Shown: positions 10,570 through 19,229 of the stretch, piece after piece
Layout of the letters: each line of letters starts with the position of its first letter
Position numbering within the stretch: the stretch's first letter is position 1
Assembly (NCBI GenBank): GCA_963676835.2
Contig: CAXXFF010000002.1
Span: forward strand, 1,504,001 to 1,568,000
Length of the DNA: 64,000 nucleotides
From: Marispirochaeta sp.
GTDB lineage: Bacteria; Spirochaetota; Spirochaetia; JC444; Marispirochaetaceae
Reading direction: 5' to 3'
Notes under the pieces: generated by a model
Database searches by the model: none
What the model was told of the DNA's origin: nothing
Seen by the model: only the letters and a program-made list of their open reading frames with translations
Made by a program: the position numbers and the translations under genes

Positions 10570-12029
10570 TTGACCTGACCCTGAATCCAAAACAGATAGA
10601 GAAAAACGCAAAACTCTGCGCAAAAAAAGGCATACTGCTGCCCACGTTCAAACAGATGGCCGACTCTTCCCTGATACCGGAAGAGATTAAATCAGAACTG
10701 AAAAAGATAGACCTGAACGAGGTCCATTCCCGCAACCTCTACCGGGTAAGCTGGGAAAATGAGCCCACCGAAAACGGCGGCACCTATGGCGGAGTCAACT
10801 GGATGGAGCTGCCTTCAGCTCTCACCGGTGTTAAAGCCCGGATTGTCGGTCTTGTGGGCAAGTGGTTTCCCACGGGCGCCCACAAAGTAGGAGCAGCCTA
10901 CAGCTGCCTGGCCCCGACCCTGGTTACCGGACAGTTTGACCCGGAGAGCAACATGGCTGTCTGGCCTTCAACCGGAAACTACTGCCGCGGTGGTGCCTAT
11001 ATCTCCCGGCTGTTAGGCTGTAAATCCATAGCCATACTTCCGGAAGAGATGTCGAAAGAGCGCTTCAAGTGGCTGGAAACGATGGCTGACGAGACCATTG
11101 CCACCCCGGGCTGCGAGAGTAACGTAAAGGAGATCTTCGACAAGTGCCATGAACTGGATGCAGAAAGGGGAGAGCATATCTTTATTTTCAACCAGTTTGC
11201 CGAGTTCGGTAATCATCTCTGGCATCACGAAGTAACAGGACGGGCAATGGAGAAGGTGCTGAATCAGGTAATGAAACCCGGCCAGACACTGGCGGGAACC
11301 TGTATCTCTTCCGGCTCCGCCGGGACCACCGCTTCTGGAGAGTACCTGAAAACCCGCTTCCCCGGTGCAAAGCTTGCAGTCAGTGAAGCGGTGCAGTGTC
11401 CCACCCTTCTTTCCAACGGCTTCGGCGGCCACCGCATCGAAGGTATTGGGGACAAGCATGTTCCCTGGATTCACAATGTAAAGAACACCGATATGATTGT
11501 TGCGGTAGACGATGAAGCCACCATGCGGCTCCTGCGTCTTTTCAACGAGAAGGTTGGCCGGGAATATCTGGTACAGAAAGGTCTTGATCCTGCTCTTGTG
11601 TCGGTTCTGGATACTATGGGTATCAGCGGTATCTGCAATATGCTCACCGCTGTCAAGTTTGCCAAATACTACGAACTGGATGAAAACGATGTGGTAATGA
11701 CGGTCTTTACCGACTCCGAAGCCATGTATACCTCCCGCCTTCAGGAGCTTACCGAAGAGCGGGGTCCATACTCCCGGGAAAACGCCGTAGCTGACTACGA
11801 GCTGCTGATGCAGACCGGAATCGATTCACTGCTGGAGCTGCGCTATGAGGACCGCAAACGGGTTCACAACCTGAAATACTACACCTGGGTTGAGCAGCAG
11901 GGTAAAACCTACGAGGAAATCAATGCCCAGTGGTACGACCGAAACTACTGGAAGAGTATTTACGAAACCCGGGACGAACTGGACAAGCTGATTGAAGAGT
12001 TTAATGAGAAGGTGAAGGGGTATATGTGA
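10566..12029 (+). CDS. PLP-dependent enzyme, fold type II (cysteine-synthase/TrpB-like), function unknown
   Basis: FPTGAHKVG (PLP lysine), PSTGNY, SGSAGT, HRIEGIGD. Confidence 0.8.
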   Translation: MIDLTLNPKQIEKNAKLCAKKGILLPTFKQMADSSLIPEEIKSELKKIDLNEVHSRNLYRVSWENEPTENGGTYGGVNWMELPSALTGVKARIVGLVGKWFPTGAHKVGAAYSCLAPTLVTGQFDPESNMAVWPSTGNYCRGGAYISRLLGCKSIAILPEEMSKERFKWLETMADETIATPGCESNVKEIFDKCHELDAERGEHIFIFNQFAEFGNHLWHHEVTGRAMEKVLNQVMKPGQTLAGTCISSGSAGTTASGEYLKTRFPGAKLAVSEAVQCPTLLSNGFGGHRIEGIGDKHVPWIHNVKNTDMIVAVDDEATMRLLRLFNEKVGREYLVQKGLDPALVSVLDTMGISGICNMLTAVKFAKYYELDENDVVMTVFTDSEAMYTSRLQELTEERGPYSRENAVADYELLMQTGIDSLLELRYEDRKRVHNLKYYTWVEQQGKTYEEINAQWYDRNYWKSIYETRDELDKLIEEFNEKVKGYM

Positions 12030-12112
12030 GGATTTTTCTCTCACTGAGTTTACGGAGGAGACAGAGTCGAATCCGGGGAGTGCTCTTTAGATTATAAGGA
12101 ACTTCCTGGTCG

Positions 12113-12219
12113 ACCCTCACCCCGGCCCTCTCCCAGGGGGAGAGGGTGTAGGAAAGCGGGAATGTATCTACGACAGCTCCCCCTCGCCCTCTGGGAGAGG
12201 GGGCTGGGGGGGTGAGGGT
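12113..12219. repeat. Inverted pair of GC-rich REP-like palindromic units
   Basis: ACCCTCACCCCGGCCCTCTCCCAGGGGGAGAGGGTG (12113-12148) and a near reverse complement CCCCCTCGCCCTCTGGGAGAGGGGGCTGGGGGGGTGAGGGT (12179-12219). Confidence 0.85.
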
Positions 12220-12309
12220 TGGTAAAAGCTTCTTGCTGGATGTAACTGGTGCTGAAAAGCCAATATCAGGATAAAGGCTACATGTGAGAGATATTAAAAG
12301 GGGTAGAAC

Positions 12310-13674
12310 ATGCTGTTACTGAAAAACTGTTTTCATCTTGTTCAGCGGGCGGACGAACCCGGGCTTTCCGGAGTGGATCTCCTTATAGACGGAAACCGGA
12401 TTGCTGAAGTTGGGAAAAACCTGAAGGTTTCCGCGGGAGATTGCCGGGTAATAGATGCCTCAAAGCATCTGGTTATTCCCGGGCTTGTAAACACTCATCA
12501 TCATTTTTATCAGACCCTTACCCGCAACCTGCCGGCAGTTCAGAATGCAAAGCTCTTTAACTGGCTGGTCTACCTTTACGAGGTGTGGAAATATGTGGAT
12601 CAGGATGCCATTTACTGGTCTACAGCCCTTGCGACGGCAGAACTTTTAAAGACCGGCTGCACTCTTACCTCGGATCATCATTATCTGTATCCCAACAATG
12701 TTTCTGCCGACATTATGGCTACCCAGTTTGAGGCTGCCGGAGTTACAGGAATCCGTTTTTCACCTACACGAGGCTCCATGAGTCTCTCCAAAAAAGACGG
12801 CGGTCTGCCGCCGGATACGGTTGTGCAGACGGAAGATATAATTATGCAGGATTCGGAGAGGGTTATTAGAGAGTTTCATAACCCGGAGCCTTTGAGCATG
12901 CAGAAGATTGCCCTGGCTCCCTGCAGCCCTTTTTCTGACTCCGAACAGCTTTTAAAGGATACTGCTGCTCTTGCCCGGCAGCATGGTGTATTGCTGCACA
13001 CCCATCTTGCAGAAACGGAAGACGAAAACGCCTACTGCGAACGGGTATTCAAGCGCCGGCCTCTGAAGGTTATGGAAGATTGTGATTTTGTCGGCCCCGA
13101 TGTCTGGTTTGCCCACGGGGTGTTTTTCAATGATGATGAACTGAAGGTGCTGAAAGAGACTGGCTGTTCTATCGGTCACTGTCCTACCTCCAATATGCGT
13201 CTGGGCTCAGGTATCTGTCGGGTTCGGGATATGCTGGATACTGGTATAAATGTAAGCCTTGCAGTGGACGGCAGTGCCTCCAACGACTCTTCAGACATGG
13301 TTGGTGAACTGCGGAATGCCCTGCTGCTGCAACGGGTCGCCAGAGGATCGGATGCTCTGACTGCAGCGGAAGTTTTGAGGATGGGTACGGAGAACGGGGC
13401 GAAGCTGTTGAACTTTCCCGAGTGCGGCACCCTGTATCCCGGACAGGCGGCAGACATTGCCATGTTTGATATGCAGCGCATGGAGTATGCAGGGGCCTTG
13501 AGCGACCCCATGGCGGCGCTGATTTTTTCCGGCTACAATCATGGTACGGACTATACCATAGTCAACGGCAAGGTGGTGGTTGATAAGGGACGGCTAACCG
13601 GAATCACCGAAGAGGAGATCCGGGATAAGGCAAATGCTGCGGCGGAAAGGCTGTACCGTAAGGCGGATATTTGA
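12310..13674 (+). CDS. 8-oxoguanine-deaminase-like amidohydrolase
   Basis: NTHHHFYQTLTR, DHHYLYP, RGSMSL..KDGGLPPD, APCSPFS, HTHLAET, CPTSNMRLGSG, VDGSASND. Confidence 0.85.
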   Translation: MLLLKNCFHLVQRADEPGLSGVDLLIDGNRIAEVGKNLKVSAGDCRVIDASKHLVIPGLVNTHHHFYQTLTRNLPAVQNAKLFNWLVYLYEVWKYVDQDAIYWSTALATAELLKTGCTLTSDHHYLYPNNVSADIMATQFEAAGVTGIRFSPTRGSMSLSKKDGGLPPDTVVQTEDIIMQDSERVIREFHNPEPLSMQKIALAPCSPFSDSEQLLKDTAALARQHGVLLHTHLAETEDENAYCERVFKRRPLKVMEDCDFVGPDVWFAHGVFFNDDELKVLKETGCSIGHCPTSNMRLGSGICRVRDMLDTGINVSLAVDGSASNDSSDMVGELRNALLLQRVARGSDALTAAEVLRMGTENGAKLLNFPECGTLYPGQAADIAMFDMQRMEYAGALSDPMAALIFSGYNHGTDYTIVNGKVVVDKGRLTGITEEEIRDKANAAAERLYRKADI

Positions 13675-13703
13675 AGAAATGAGGGGCTCTCTCAGAGGGA
13701 TCA

Positions 13704-13806
13704 ACCCTCACCCCGGCCCTCTCCCAGGGGGAGAGGGTGACAGGAGCGACCGGCCATCGGAACAGAAGCCCCCTCGCCCTCTGGGAGAGGGATTGGGGGT
13801 GAGGGT
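13704..13806. repeat. Second inverted pair of the REP-like unit
   Basis: 13704-13739 is identical to 12113-12148; the inverted unit is at 13769-13806. Confidence 0.85.
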
Positions 13807-13906
13807 TGGTTAAAATATGGGAGATGCTTTTTAGAAGCACTGATATACAGAGGGATAAAAGGATATCTCATTTGTCCTTCATGAGATCGATATTGAAGAT
13901 TGACAG

Positions 13907-13954
13907 CCCCCTCGCCCTTTGTCTTTTCAAAAAAAGAAGAGGGGGGGTGAGGGT
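13907..13954. repeat. Degenerate single REP-like unit
   Basis: CCCCCTCGCCCT...GAGGGGGGGTGAGGGT followed by TGGTTAAA, as in the 13769-13806 copy. Confidence 0.7.
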
Positions 13955-14004
13955 TGGTTAAATAAATGGCCTGGATTTAACAGGCTTGATACCGGGAGCG
14001 GGTT

Positions 14005-14820
14005 ATGATAATGGAGTTTAAACAGGCTTCATCGGTGGATGAAGCAGTCGGCCTGAAGAAGGACGGCTATATATTTCTGGCCGGGGGTACCCAGGTAAAC
14101 AGCACCCCCTTCAAGATGCGACACGAGAGTCATAGACGGGAGAAGGTTGTCTCTCTTGCCGGCCTCGGACTGGAAGGGATCAGCAGTGAGGGCGGCGATG
14201 TTATTGTAGGGGCTACGACAACCCTGCAGGATATTGCCGACAGCAGTGAAGTTCCTCAGGCTTTAAAAGATGCAGCAGGTTTTATCCCTACCCGTAGTGT
14301 GCGGAACATTGCCACCATCGGCGGTAATGTGGGAGCAAAGAGGCCGGACTCCTATGTGATTCCCGCTCTTATTGCCCTTGGAGCCTTGGCTGAAACAGTA
14401 AATGGCAGTGTCAGTGTGGAAGAGTATGTCTCCACGGATGCGGAAGATCTGATCTTAGGCTTCCGGATACCGGCGGTCGATTCGGGAAAAAAGAGTGTCT
14501 GCCGTGCGGTTAAGGAATCACGTTCTCATGTAGCCCTGCCGGTGGTGAGTGCTGCTGTAAGTGCAGCTTCCGAAGGCGGAAAAGTATCAGAAATTATTAT
14601 TGCCGCCGGCTGTGTTGCTGCAAAAACAATCCGGCTTTCTGCAGTCGAGGAGGGCATCCTTTCCGGTGCTGTATCTCTGGAAGGAGAGTTCCTTGAAACC
14701 GCTATTGCCGGAGCCCTGCATCCGGCAGAAGACATTCTCGGCAGCAGAGCTTTTAAAACCTACCTGAACTCGGTGCTTATTGCGGACCTTGTACGGGGCT
14801 GCATCCGTGAGGTGGTGTAA
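14005..14820 (+). CDS. ygfM: FAD-binding subunit of a molybdopterin oxidoreductase (YgfM-like)
   Basis: FLAGGT, RNIATIGGN, DILGSRAFK; directly upstream of the XdhD-like gene. Confidence 0.75.
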   Translation: MIMEFKQASSVDEAVGLKKDGYIFLAGGTQVNSTPFKMRHESHRREKVVSLAGLGLEGISSEGGDVIVGATTTLQDIADSSEVPQALKDAAGFIPTRSVRNIATIGGNVGAKRPDSYVIPALIALGALAETVNGSVSVEEYVSTDAEDLILGFRIPAVDSGKKSVCRAVKESRSHVALPVVSAAVSAASEGGKVSEIIIAAGCVAAKTIRLSAVEEGILSGAVSLEGEFLETAIAGALHPAEDILGSRAFKTYLNSVLIADLVRGCIREVV

Positions 14821-17690
14821 TGAAGATCAGTTTTACCCTTAACGGAAAGCCCGTTAGTTTTGAAGGCGCTCCCGGCGAGTCTGCCCAGAAGTTTCTGCAG
14901 CGAAACGGTATTGCCTCGGTGCGGAACTCCGACGACGGCTTCGGTTTTGCAGGATCCGACAGTATCCTGCTGGATGGACGTATTGTTGGTTCAAATATCA
15001 TAGTGGCGCCCCAGCTGGAAGGCCGGGATGTTAAAACCATTGAGTTTTACGGTACCAGCCGCACTTTAAGTGTTGTGCAGCAGGCTATGCTAGATTCCGG
15101 CTGTGTTCAGTCGGGCTATAACTCTCCTGCAGCAGCCATGATGATCCACGAGCTTCTGGACCGCAGTTCTGAGCCTTCAAAGGATGAGGTAAAAGACGCG
15201 CTGTCCGGACTGTTCAACCGGGCTACGGGATACGAGCAGTTTTTTCAGGCCGTTGAACTTGCCTCGGCCAGAATGAAAGACCCGGCCTATACAAAGGTTC
15301 AGGCTCCATCCTTCGGCCCCAATTACGATATTGTTGGTAAACCGGAACCGAAAAAGGACTCCGCCCGTATGGTGGCAGGAGACCGGGTTTTTGTAGAAGA
15401 CCGGGTTGAGAAGGGTAGCTGTATCCTCAAGGTTCTCCGAAGTCCCCATGCCCATGCCTGGATTAAAAGTATCGATACATCTGCAGCGGAAGCTGTTCCG
15501 GGAGTGGTGGGTATTTTTACGTATAAGGATGCACCGCAGAAGGTCTACACCCAGGCGGGGCAGAACTTTCCCGAACCCTCTCCCTACGACAGAATGGTTC
15601 TTTCCCGCAAGGTCCGTCATATAGGAGACAGGGTTGCAGCAGTGGTTGCAGAGACCCTGGAAGCGGCGGAAAAGGCCCGTGATCTGATAAAGGTCCAGTA
15701 TGAAGTCCTTCCAACGGTTCTGGACTGGGATGATGCCTACGATGACAGCCTGCCGAGAATCCATAACGGACCAATCGAGTATGTTGAAGGTGCTCCTGAT
15801 GACATTGCACAGCTGAATGCTGATGTGAACAGTGAGGAGGAGCCGGTAATCTATCAATTCCCTATAGGGGGAAATCCGCGGAAGAACATTGCTTCCTCCA
15901 TCTCCGGCGGTATCGGCGATCTTGAGAAGGGCTTTGCCGAGGCCGACGCGGTAATTGAGCGCACCTATACCACCACTCAGATACAGTGTACTCCCCTTGA
16001 GATGCATGTCTGCTATGCGAAGATGGAAGGTGACAGGCTTGTGGTGCATGCATCCACCCAGGTGCCCTACCATGTACGGAGGCTTATCTCCACTCTGCTT
16101 GATCTCCCGGAAAACAAGGTTCGCATTATCAAGGAGCGGGTCGGCGGTGGCTACGGCTCCAAGCAGGATATGACCATTGAAGATCTGGTAGCCTTCTGCG
16201 CCTACAAGACGGGACGAGCGGTTTTTCAGCACTACAGCCGTGAGGAGGAGTTTATTGCCAACTCGTCCCGAAAGCCCATGCGCTGTACAGTGAAGCTTGG
16301 AGCAAAGAAAGACGGCACCATGACTGCCATGTATGTAAAGGTGGAGTCAAACCAGGGAGCCTACGGAGCCCACTGCCTCACGGTTCCCATGAACGGTGTC
16401 TCCAAGAGTCTGCCCCTCTTTCTCTGCGACAATGCGGGATTTGATGTTGTGGCTCTCTATTCCAACCGGCCGCCCACCGGGGCCTATCAGGGCTACGGAG
16501 CGCCCAAGGTGAACTATGCGGTGCAGTTAGCGGTGAAGGAGCTTGCCGCGGAGATTGGTGTTGATCACCTGGAGGTTGTTGAGAAGAACCGGGTTAAAGA
16601 AGGTTCAATGCTTGAGATTCTCCGCTGTCTCGGCGAAGGCCGGGAAGGAGCTCCTGCACCGGCAACCACCTGCGGTCTGGGGCCGGCCCTTGAACAGGGA
16701 GCTGAGATGATTAACTGGTCTCAACGGGAAGAGAGCGGCGACCCGGATATAAAAATCGGTAAAGGGCTGGCCACAGTTCAGCAGGGATCTGGGCTTCCAG
16801 GCCTTGATTCGGCCAATGCCATTATAAAGATGCTTGGAGACGGAACCTTTCTGGTACAGTCCGGCGGTGCCGACCTGGGTACCGGTCTTGATCTGGTAAG
16901 TGCAAAGATAACCGCCGAGGTTTTAAAGTGTGATATGGAGATTGTTACCGTCCAGTCCGGCGATACCGATGCTGCCCCCTTTGATACCGGCGCCTACGCC
17001 TCAAGCGGTACCTACTTTTCCGGCGGGGCCACCCGCAATGCCGCTTTAAAAATGGCAGAGCAGATTAAAACCGAAGCTGCAGCAATTCTCGGCGAGAAGC
17101 CTGAAGATATTGAACTGCTGCGGCCGGGAATTGCCCGGGGAAAAACCGGGGAGCTTACCTACCGGAAACTTGCCTGGCATAGTCAGACAGGATCTGGCTG
17201 CGGTCAGCTGATATCGTCGGCAAGCTTTACCACCGACAAGTTCAGCTTTCCCTATGGCGCCCACTTCTGCCAGGTGGCTGTGAATACCCGCACTGGCAAG
17301 GTAAAGGTACAGAAGTATTATGCCCTGGAAGACTGCGGTACTCCCATAAATCCCGAGTACGCCATGGGACAGGTTTACGGTGCGGTGGTGAAATCCATGG
17401 GACATGCTCTGTATGAGGAGATGATCTTCGACAAGGAGGGCCGCTGCCTGAATACCGACCTGCGCAGCTACGGTGTGCCCATGATCGGGGATATTCCTGA
17501 GGATTTTAAAACAGTGCTGGTAGAGACGGATGATCCCTTCGGCCCATTCGGAGCCAAATCGGTTTCGGAGATCAGTGTAAACGGTGCGGCTCCGGCCATT
17601 GCCGCGGCAATTTATGATGCCGTCGGCGTATGGATGCGGGACTGGCCCTTCAGCCCCGAGAAGATTCTCAAGGCCCTGAAGAAAATATAA
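14820..17690 (+). CDS. xdhD: Molybdopterin-dependent oxidoreductase Mo/Fe-S subunit (XdhD/YgfN-like)
   Basis: SVRNSDDGFGFAGSD, VQSGYN, LFNRATGYEQF, GGGYGSKQD, GAYQGYGAP, DTGAYASSGT, GAKSVSEI. Confidence 0.88.
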   Translation: MKISFTLNGKPVSFEGAPGESAQKFLQRNGIASVRNSDDGFGFAGSDSILLDGRIVGSNIIVAPQLEGRDVKTIEFYGTSRTLSVVQQAMLDSGCVQSGYNSPAAAMMIHELLDRSSEPSKDEVKDALSGLFNRATGYEQFFQAVELASARMKDPAYTKVQAPSFGPNYDIVGKPEPKKDSARMVAGDRVFVEDRVEKGSCILKVLRSPHAHAWIKSIDTSAAEAVPGVVGIFTYKDAPQKVYTQAGQNFPEPSPYDRMVLSRKVRHIGDRVAAVVAETLEAAEKARDLIKVQYEVLPTVLDWDDAYDDSLPRIHNGPIEYVEGAPDDIAQLNADVNSEEEPVIYQFPIGGNPRKNIASSISGGIGDLEKGFAEADAVIERTYTTTQIQCTPLEMHVCYAKMEGDRLVVHASTQVPYHVRRLISTLLDLPENKVRIIKERVGGGYGSKQDMTIEDLVAFCAYKTGRAVFQHYSREEEFIANSSRKPMRCTVKLGAKKDGTMTAMYVKVESNQGAYGAHCLTVPMNGVSKSLPLFLCDNAGFDVVALYSNRPPTGAYQGYGAPKVNYAVQLAVKELAAEIGVDHLEVVEKNRVKEGSMLEILRCLGEGREGAPAPATTCGLGPALEQGAEMINWSQREESGDPDIKIGKGLATVQQGSGLPGLDSANAIIKMLGDGTFLVQSGGADLGTGLDLVSAKITAEVLKCDMEIVTVQSGDTDAAPFDTGAYASSGTYFSGGATRNAALKMAEQIKTEAAAILGEKPEDIELLRPGIARGKTGELTYRKLAWHSQTGSGCGQLISSASFTTDKFSFPYGAHFCQVAVNTRTGKVKVQKYYALEDCGTPINPEYAMGQVYGAVVKSMGHALYEEMIFDKEGRCLNTDLRSYGVPMIGDIPEDFKTVLVETDDPFGPFGAKSVSEISVNGAAPAIAAAIYDAVGVWMRDWPFSPEKILKALKKI

Positions 17691-17719
17691 TACGGAGACG
17701 CGTCAGGGATAGAAGCGAA

Positions 17720-17760
17720 AATCCCGTAGAGGCGTTCTATCAGAACGCCTCTACGGGATT
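17720..17760. repeat. Perfect 19-bp hairpin with GTAG...CTAC core (GTAG-family REP-like)
   Basis: AATCCCGTAGAGGCGTTCT-ATC-AGAACGCCTCTACGGGATT. Confidence 0.75.
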
Positions 17761-17842
17761 GCAGCGGATAGCCCGGCCCGACCGAAAGGGAGGGAGACGC
17801 CCGGATGAAGAAGAAATAGAGAACGAGTAACGAGGAGAGGCT

Positions 17843-19039
17843 GTGAAACAGACGGTTTTAAAGCAGAAGCTGGCGGCGCTTGAGAAGCTTGCCACGCAGA
17901 AGATGGTGAACAATGATTTTCTGTTGACCTGGGAAAAAAGTGATGACGAGATTGCGGCGACCTTTCTGGTGGCCGAGGCGCTGAAGCTTATGCGGGAAGA
18001 GAATATTTCCACCCGGGCCTATGATTCGGGGCTCGGAATCAGCCTGTTCCGGGATAATTCCACCCGGACCCGCTTCAGTTATGCATCGGCCTGTAATCTG
18101 CTGGGCCTGGAAGTGCAGGACCTGGATGAGGGAAAGAGCCAGATTGCCCACGGAGAAACTGTCCGGGAGACGGCGGTAATGATCAGCTTTATGGCAGACG
18201 TTATCGGTATTCGGGACGATATGTACATCGGCAAGGGGAACACCTATATGCGTCAGGTGGCAAAGGCGGTGCAGGAGGGCTTTGACGACGGTGTGCTCGA
18301 GCAGCGTCCCAGCCTGGTGAATCTGCAGTGTGATATTGATCACCCCACCCAGAGCATGGCGGATACCCTGCATCTGATTAACCATTTCGGCGGCGTTGAG
18401 AATCTTAAAGGCAAGAAGGTCGCCATGACCTGGGCCTACAGCCCCTCCTACGGCAAGCCCCTGTCGGTACCCCAGGGGGTGATCGGTCTGATGACCCGCT
18501 TCGGTATGGATGTGGTGCTGGCTCATCCGGAAGGCTACGAGGTTATGCCCGAGGTTATGGATGTGGCGGCGAAGAATGCCGAGGCTTCCGGCGGCGGATT
18601 CAGCCTCACTAGCGATATGGGGGCGGCTTTTGATGGAGCGGATATTGTCTATCCCAAAAGCTGGGCGCCTTTTGCGGCCATGGAGAAGCGGACAGATCTT
18701 TACGGCAATGGTGATCATGACGGGATTAAGGCTCTTGAGAAGGAGCTCCTGGCACAGAATGCCGGACATAAAGACTGGGAGTGTACCGAGGATCTGATGA
18801 AGAAGACCAAAGACGGCAAAGGTCTTTACCTGCACTGTCTGCCCGCGGATATAAGCGGCGTCAGCTGTAAAGAGGGTGAGGTTGCGGCGTCGGTGTTTGA
18901 CCGCTACCGGGTGCCTCTGTATGCCCAGGCGGGATTCAAGCCTTATGTAATTGCCGCGATGATTTTCTTAAGCAAATTCGGTGATCCCGCGGGCAAGTTG
19001 GGCGAGATGCTGAAGGCCGGACGGAAGCGGATTTTTTAG
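17843..19039 (+). CDS. ygeW: Knotted carbamoyltransferase YgeW
   Basis: FRDNSTRTR, NLQCDIDHPTQ, WAYSPSYGKPLSVPQG, YPKSWAP, HCLPADI. Confidence 0.95.
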   Translation: MKQTVLKQKLAALEKLATQKMVNNDFLLTWEKSDDEIAATFLVAEALKLMREENISTRAYDSGLGISLFRDNSTRTRFSYASACNLLGLEVQDLDEGKSQIAHGETVRETAVMISFMADVIGIRDDMYIGKGNTYMRQVAKAVQEGFDDGVLEQRPSLVNLQCDIDHPTQSMADTLHLINHFGGVENLKGKKVAMTWAYSPSYGKPLSVPQGVIGLMTRFGMDVVLAHPEGYEVMPEVMDVAAKNAEASGGGFSLTSDMGAAFDGADIVYPKSWAPFAAMEKRTDLYGNGDHDGIKALEKELLAQNAGHKDWECTEDLMKKTKDGKGLYLHCLPADISGVSCKEGEVAASVFDRYRVPLYAQAGFKPYVIAAMIFLSKFGDPAGKLGEMLKAGRKRIF

Positions 19040-19053
19040 ATTAGCTCTTACCT

Positions 19054-19094
19054 CCCCCTCGCCTGTTTGGGAGAGGGGGCAGGGGGGTGAGGGT
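19054..19094. repeat. Single REP-like unit
   Basis: CCCCCTCGCCTGTTTGGGAGAGGGGGCAGGGGGGTGAGGGT, same family as 12179-12219. Confidence 0.8.
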
Positions 19095-19116
19095 AGGACT
19101 TAACGTTCTATAAAGC

Positions 19117-19152
19117 AGGGGATTATGCGCAATGCGGGTAATCCCCTTTTTT
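19117..19152 (+). terminator. Intrinsic terminator closing the purine cluster
   Basis: AGGGGATTA...TAATCCCCT stem followed by a T-tract. Confidence 0.75.
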
Positions 19153-19229
19153 AATTGTAATTAGACTTGATTTGTTATTATATTGGAGTATAATCAAGAA
19201 ATATATGTGATATATTTGAGTATAATCCA

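Noticed and set aside
13807..13906. Remnant of a DUF559-type nuclease gene between REP units
   Set aside because: Only a few suggestive codons interrupted by a stop; not supportable.
12113..19094. GC-rich repeats as a CRISPR array
   Set aside because: Units are inverted or dispersed across separate intergenic regions, without regular spacers, and no cas genes are present.
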